Positions 58,729-64,000 of a stretch of 64,000 bases of DNA are shown piece after piece. The stretch lies in assembly GCA_965658655.1 (NCBI GenBank), contig CBFHTA010000003.1:32001-96000 (forward strand), in the 5' to 3' direction. The stretch comes from Candidatus Babelota bacterium (lineage in GTDB: Bacteria > Babelota > Babeliae > Babelales > CAIQNR01). How positions within the stretch are numbered: the first letter of the stretch is position 1; every line of letters begins with the position of its first letter. The position numbers and the translations under genes were made by a program. A model generated the notes under the pieces. That model was given only the letters and a program-made list of their open reading frames with translations. It did no database searches and had not been told where the DNA came from.

Positions 58729-61700
58729 TGATTTCCTCCTTGCTCACTTTGCAGAGATCCACTTGTACCCCTAAACTTTGCAACTCTTTAATCAAAACGT
58801 TAAACGATTCTGGTAAACCTGGTTCAGGAATAGTATCGTTTCTAACAATCGCTTCATACACACGATGCCTTCCAGTTACGTCATCTGATTTGTAAGTTAA
58901 CATCTCTTGTAACGTATACGCAGCACCATGTGCTTTAAGAGCCCATACTTCCATTTCACCAAGACGCTGTCCACCCATTTGAGCTTTACCACCAAGTGGC
59001 TGCTGTGTAACCAATGAGTAAGGACCAACAGAACGAGCATGCAACTTATCGTCAACCATATGATTCAATTTCAACATGTAAATAGAACCTACTGTAACTG
59101 GTTGATCAAACAATTGCCCTGTTCTACCGTCACGTAATGTATAAGTTGCACATTCTGGAAGATTTAAATCTTTAAGAATTGGCTTAATATCTTTGTCAAA
59201 CTTTGGTGCTTCAAAAACTGGAACTTCATAGCGAACACCCTCTTTAGCTGTTCTTTGTGCCAATGACTGAAGACCATCTTTACCGTAGGTTTTCTCAAAG
59301 TCTTTTACAAGTTCTACGCCATAATGATGACCCAAAAACTTTTTAACTTCATCTTGACCTTTAGTATCAATAATCTCTTGAAGTTGTTTTCCAGCTTCTC
59401 TACCTGCAAATCCAAGAATTGTCTCTAAGATCTGACCAACGTTCATACGAGCAGGTACACCAATTGGGTTTAGAACAACGTCAACCGCAGTTCCATCTTC
59501 CATATATGGCATATCCTCTCGAGGAACAATAGTAGAAACTACACCTTTGTTACCATGTCGACCCGCTATTTTATCACCTACTTTAACAGTACGCTTATGA
59601 GCGATATACACTTTAACCATTTTAATAACACCAGAAGGAAGAGGATCACCCTTTTTCAAACGATTGATCTTTTCTTCTTTCAAGTTTGCTAAAACATGTA
59701 CTTGTGTTTCGAACGCAGTAATAGTTTGCTTAATAGATTCAGCTACTTTTTTATCTGCAACTTTAAGAGCTATCAGCTTTTTAGCATCAGCATCTTTACA
59801 TTTTGCTTTATCAAACACACCTTTTACTAAGAACTCAGAACCGCTTTTCCCTGCAGGTTTTTGACCATGAGCCAAACTTGCAATCTTATTAGCGATCATT
59901 CTTTCTAGTAATGAGACATGATGAACTGAATCTGCTTCTAGTTTTTTAACTTGTTTAATAACTTCTTCTTTATAGCGTTTATCTTTTCTGATACCACTAC
60001 GAGAGAAAATCTTAACATCAGTAACCATACCCTCAATGCTCGGTGGAACGCGCAATGAAGTATCACGTACTTCCCTAGATTTTTCACCAAAGATTGCACG
60101 TAATAATTTCTCTTCTGGAGAGTATTGAATGTCACCCTTAAGCGTCACTTTACCAACAAGCACATCACCCGCTTTTACACGAGAACCAATCTTAATGATT
60201 CCGTCTTCATCCAATGCAGAAAGTGAAGATTCACTTGCATTTGGAATATCACGAGTAATTTCTTCTGGCCCAAGCTTTGTATCACGAGCATCAACCATGT
60301 ACTCATCGATAGTAACCGATGTCATAACATCGTCACACACCAACCGCTTATTAAGAATAATAGCATCTTCAAAGTTATATCCATGCCATGGCATGAACGC
60401 TACAATCATATTTGCACCAAGAGCCAACTCACCGTGATCCATTGCAGAGCCATTGGTCAGAACGTCACCTTCGTGAACTTTTTGACCCGCTTTAACAATA
60501 GGCACATGGTGAATCCAGGTACTCATACTTGATTTTTGGAATTTTTTAAGATTGTAAGTATCGATTCCTCGAGCTGCCCAATCTTCCACAGATCCAAATT
60601 CTTTTTCGTCTGAACGAACAACAATTTTGTCACCTGAAACGTATTCAACAACACCAGGACGGCGTGCAGTAAGTGCAACACTTGAAGATTTACCAATTTC
60701 ACGTTCCATACCAGTACCAACAAGAGGAGCCTCTGTTTTAATAAGAGGAACAGCTTGTCGTTGCATGTTTGCACCCATTAACGCACGAGAAGCATCATCA
60801 TGCTCCAAGAACGGAATCAATGCTGTAGAAACAGATACTAATTGTTTAGGAGATAAATCGATATAGTCCACTTGTTCTGTATCAACAGGAAGAAAGTTTG
60901 TCTCGTGACGAGCAACTACACGTTTACCTTCAATTTCGTTTTTACCAGGTTTTACTGAATCTGCTTGAGCAATAAACTTTTCGCTTTCTTGGAACGCATC
61001 CATGAAAACAACGTCTTTTTGAATCTTACCGTCTTTAACAGGACGATACGCGGTTTCAATAAACCCAAGATCATTCACCATCGCATACGATGCAAGAGAT
61101 GAAATCAAACCAATTGTTTGACCCTCAGGAGTTTCAATAGGACAAATACGACCGTAGTGAGAAGTGTGCACATCACGAATTTCGAATGTTGCACGATCCT
61201 TCATAACACCACCGGGCCCAAGAGCTGATAAACGACGCTTATGCGCAACTTCAGCAAGTGGATTTGTTTGGTCCATAAACTGAGACAATTGACCTGTTCC
61301 AAAAAACTCTCTTAATACAGCACTCAATGGTTTTACATTAAGAAGATCTTGCGGCATTAATGTACCATACGCTTCTTGCATTCTGAATCTTTCACGAACA
61401 ATACGCTCGATACGCAAGAATCCAAGATATACTTGGTTACTAAGCAATTCACCTACAAGACGAACACGTCTGTTACCTAAGTGATCGATATCATCTAATT
61501 CACCTTCTGCACGTTCACGCAAACCTACTAAATACTTAATAGTCGCAAAAATATCATCACGCGTAAGCGCACGTACATCTTCAGGAATAGAAAGACCAAG
61601 CTTTCTGTTTAAACGAATACGACCAACTGATGTAAGATCATAAAAACGTGAATTAAAGAACATATTTTCTAAACGTTCTTTAACTTCATCCAGAGTTGAG

Positions 61701-63031
61701 TTATCTCCTGGCCATACTTTTGAATGCAATTCTTTTAATGCTTCATTTTGTGTAGCGCATTGATCTTGAAGCAAAGTTGTTGCAAGTGTCGGCTGGAAAA
61801 TATAACCAGACGAACTTACCATAGCAAATGAAAGTTTATCTTGTTCTAGAAGTTGTCCATATAGTTCATCTGTTAGTGTTTCACCCTGCTCTGCAAGAAT
61901 TTCCCCTGTTTCAGGAGAGATAACATCTTGTGCAAAAACACGATTAACAAGATTTTCTTTTTCTAGAGAAAGTTTTTTAATACCAAGAGAGATAAGCTTT
62001 GACAATAATGCTTGATCAATACGACGACCCAAAAAGTCTGCTTCGTGTTTTGCAGGAATCATTCCTCGCTCAATACGACGACCAATAAGGGAGTTATCTA
62101 CCAAACTATAACATTTACCTTTTGCAACATGTACTTTTTCTGTTTGATAAAAGTGAGAAATAATCTCTTCGCGCGGAATACCCAACGCTTGCAAGAACGT
62201 AGTAACAAGGATCTTTTTCTTTTTATCAATACGCACATACAAGTGATCACTACTATCAAATTCAAAATCCATCCACGAACCACGCATTGGAATAATACGA
62301 GCTAGATAGTAAGGACGACCACGAACATCTTTTATTTTTTTACTTTGAGAAAAAACTGCACCAGGTGAACGATGCAACTGACTTACTACTACACGATCAA
62401 TACCATTGATCAAAAATGTACCGTCAGTCCCTAATTGCAAGCGACCTGTTTTTTCGTGAATATCTGCCATGATTGGCACATCTGCAAAGAAAATATCTTG
62501 CTCTTTAATATCACGAACAATACGGTCTTTACCTTCTCCATCCCAACAAATTAATTGTACCTTAATTTTGAGAGGAAGAGAAAAAGTTTGCCCGTTAGAA
62601 CGACATTCATCAACATCCATAGGAAGTTGAATCGCCACACGAGACAAACAAACAGCACATGTTTTATAACGCGCTGTTTTTGGGGCGGATTTATCAGTAG
62701 CCAAGTTAGAAGTCCCTGACTTCTTAGTGACAGGACAATACCACGCATAGCGACTTTCTATGCCGGTCAACTTTCCACAGGTACAAGCCCAGTTGCCCAA
62801 TTCGTAACTAATATAATCCAAAGACATTTTTTCATTGTAATCAATGGGGAAAATGTCACGCAAAACCTTTTCAAGACCTATAACTTGTCTTTCTGAAGGG
62901 AGATAATCCAATTGAACAAAATCATTAAAAGACTTTGACTGGATCTCAATCAAATTGGGTACAGGAACATTGTCCTTAGCATCATTAAACGATCGTCTGA
63001 TCGTATCTGTGCCCATCTGCAGGCTACTCAT
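58721..63031 (-). CDS. rpoB: RNA polymerase beta subunit
   Basis: SQFMDQTNPL, GDKIAGRHGNKG, HARSVGPYSLVTQQPLGG. Confidence 0.99.
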   Translation of the reverse strand: MSSLQMGTDTIRRSFNDAKDNVPVPNLIEIQSKSFNDFVQLDYLPSERQVIGLEKVLRDIFPIDYNEKMSLDYISYELGNWACTCGKLTGIESRYAWYCPVTKKSGTSNLATDKSAPKTARYKTCAVCLSRVAIQLPMDVDECRSNGQTFSLPLKIKVQLICWDGEGKDRIVRDIKEQDIFFADVPIMADIHEKTGRLQLGTDGTFLINGIDRVVVSQLHRSPGAVFSQSKKIKDVRGRPYYLARIIPMRGSWMDFEFDSSDHLYVRIDKKKKILVTTFLQALGIPREEIISHFYQTEKVHVAKGKCYSLVDNSLIGRRIERGMIPAKHEADFLGRRIDQALLSKLISLGIKKLSLEKENLVNRVFAQDVISPETGEILAEQGETLTDELYGQLLEQDKLSFAMVSSSGYIFQPTLATTLLQDQCATQNEALKELHSKVWPGDNSTLDEVKERLENMFFNSRFYDLTSVGRIRLNRKLGLSIPEDVRALTRDDIFATIKYLVGLRERAEGELDDIDHLGNRRVRLVGELLSNQVYLGFLRIERIVRERFRMQEAYGTLMPQDLLNVKPLSAVLREFFGTGQLSQFMDQTNPLAEVAHKRRLSALGPGGVMKDRATFEIRDVHTSHYGRICPIETPEGQTIGLISSLASYAMVNDLGFIETAYRPVKDGKIQKDVVFMDAFQESEKFIAQADSVKPGKNEIEGKRVVARHETNFLPVDTEQVDYIDLSPKQLVSVSTALIPFLEHDDASRALMGANMQRQAVPLIKTEAPLVGTGMEREIGKSSSVALTARRPGVVEYVSGDKIVVRSDEKEFGSVEDWAARGIDTYNLKKFQKSSMSTWIHHVPIVKAGQKVHEGDVLTNGSAMDHGELALGANMIVAFMPWHGYNFEDAIILNKRLVCDDVMTSVTIDEYMVDARDTKLGPEEITRDIPNASESSLSALDEDGIIKIGSRVKAGDVLVGKVTLKGDIQYSPEEKLLRAIFGEKSREVRDTSLRVPPSIEGMVTDVKIFSRSGIRKDKRYKEEVIKQVKKLEADSVHHVSLLERMIANKIASLAHGQKPAGKSGSEFLVKGVFDKAKCKDADAKKLIALKVADKKVAESIKQTITAFETQVHVLANLKEEKINRLKKGDPLPSGVIKMVKVYIAHKRTVKVGDKIAGRHGNKGVVSTIVPREDMPYMEDGTAVDVVLNPIGVPARMNVGQILETILGFAGREAGKQLQEIIDTKGQDEVKKFLGHHYGVELVKDFEKTYGKDGLQSLAQRTAKEGVRYEVPVFEAPKFDKDIKPILKDLNLPECATYTLRDGRTGQLFDQPVTVGSIYMLKLNHMVDDKLHARSVGPYSLVTQQPLGGKAQMGGQRLGEMEVWALKAHGAAYTLQEMLTYKSDDVTGRHRVYEAIVRNDTIPEPGLPESFNVLIKELQSLGVQVDLCKVSKEEINE

Positions 63032-63093
63032 TCAGCCGCTCCTTATACAAAACGGTACATCCATAAACGACGCGCTTCATTACAAGGGAGAGA

Positions 63094-63489
63094 TTAAGAT
63101 AATTCTACCTTAGCTCCTGCAGCCTCTAATACTTCCTTCATTTTTTTTGCATCTTCTTTAGATGCCGCTTCAGCAATAACTGTTGGTGCTTCTACAACAG
63201 CTTTCTTAGCTTCACCTAGTGGAATATCTTTTACCACTTCACGAAGTGCTTTAATAACTTTAACAGTTGGATTAGAACCAGCTTCTTTCAAAGTAACTTT
63301 GTACTCTGATTTTTCTTCTGCTGCTGGTGCTGCTTCACCTGCTGCTGGTGCTGCGCCCGCTACTGCTACAGGTGCCGCTGAAACACCAAATTTCTCTTCC
63401 AACGCTTTAACCATTTCTGCCAATTCTAGAACTGACATTTCACCGATTTGATCAATCATTTTTTCGTAAGATTTACCCGCCATGGACAT
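63094..63489 (-). CDS. rplL: 50S ribosomal protein L7/L12
   Basis: SVLEL.E.VKALEEKFGVSAA, hinge, EEKSE, VIKALRE, LEAAGAKVEL. Confidence 0.97.
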   Translation of the reverse strand: MSMAGKSYEKMIDQIGEMSVLELAEMVKALEEKFGVSAAPVAVAGAAPAAGEAAPAAEEKSEYKVTLKEAGSNPTVKVIKALREVVKDIPLGEAKKAVVEAPTVIAEAASKEDAKKMKEVLEAAGAKVELS

Positions 63490-63530
63490 GCTCCCAAAAA
63501 TTAAACCACTATTATTTAAAATTTATTTAC

Positions 63531-64000
63531 TTAACTATTTAGCTTCTTCTGCTCTACCTGTTTCAAAACGTATACAAGACGTGCGATAAGTTGATGTAAA
63601 AGACTTGTAAGACTTGCATAAGGTGCTTGCAATGTTGCAGCCACATGACCCAACAATACCTCACGAGAAGGCAGCGTTGCCATTACCTTAATAGCAGATT
63701 CATCTAACAAACTTGCATCCATTGTACCAACAACAACACGCAGAGCTTCCATTTTTTTTGAAAATGTGCACAATACCTTTGCAATTGCTGGAACCTCTTT
63801 CTTGGCAAAAACAAGTCCTACTTGCTCACCCATATAAGGTTCTAAGCTTTGCACAGACTCAACTTCTTGAAGCGCACGCTTCATAAGACGAACTTTTGCA
63901 ACTTGCAAACGCCCTTCTTCTTTTCGAAGCTCGCCTCTTAAACTTTCCAGCTCTTCAACTGTTAGCCCTTTTACTCCCACCAAGAAAGAAGCTGCGCTAT
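63531..64000 (-). CDS. rplJ: 50S ribosomal protein L10 (5' end outside the window)
   Basis: GLTVEEL..LR..LR, ATLPSREVLL; frame open to the edge; precedes rplL. Confidence 0.93.
   Translation of the reverse strand, partial: SAASFLVGVKGLTVEELESLRGELRKEEGRLQVAKVRLMKRALQEVESVQSLEPYMGEQVGLVFAKKEVPAIAKVLCTFSKKMEALRVVVGTMDASLLDESAIKVMATLPSREVLLGHVAATLQAPYASLTSLLHQLIARLVYVLKQVEQKKLNS

Noticed and set aside
61215..61300. Rifampicin-resistance cluster I of RpoB
   Set aside because: Key Q, D, H, R and S residues are canonical (SQFMDQTNPLAEVAHKRRLSAL); no clear resistance signature.

Overview
An AT-rich bacterial core-genome window. The left third is a minus-strand str-S10-spc-alpha ribosomal superoperon (rpsL to rplQ, with secY-adk-map-infA-rpmJ and no rpmD). 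The right end carries rplJ-rplL-rpoB-rpoC followed directly by tRNA-Val(GAC)-rpsO-pnp-rph-holA. Between them lie housekeeping genes (rseP, stand-alone rplM, pepP, recR, yidC, murC, rpsP, trmD fused to a Tm1570-like domain, rplS, hflX, uvrD/pcrA, trpS, a DEAD-box helicase, glmM), interrupted by small islands of orphan proteins with signal peptides. The RpoB Zn-ribbon insert, loss of L30 and many orphan secreted proteins suggest a host-dependent lineage such as Babelota/Dependentiae (TM6); this is inference only. Highlights: (1) a cdaA-cdaR-glmM-like operon whose cyclase has lost the DGA/RHR catalytic motifs (probable pseudo-cyclase); (2) secreted orphans with eukaryote-like motifs (IQ motif, bipartite NLS, S/T-P-rich regions), including two that share an AQTADS leader motif near a duplicated promoter; (3) a basic/acidic pair of glycine-zipper secreted peptides; (4) three tandem, internally duplicated DUF378-like membrane proteins; (5) natural substitutions in the RNA polymerase switch region and next to the catalytic loop; (6) a structured leader on the DEAD-box helicase. 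I saw no CRISPR array, rRNA or transposase.
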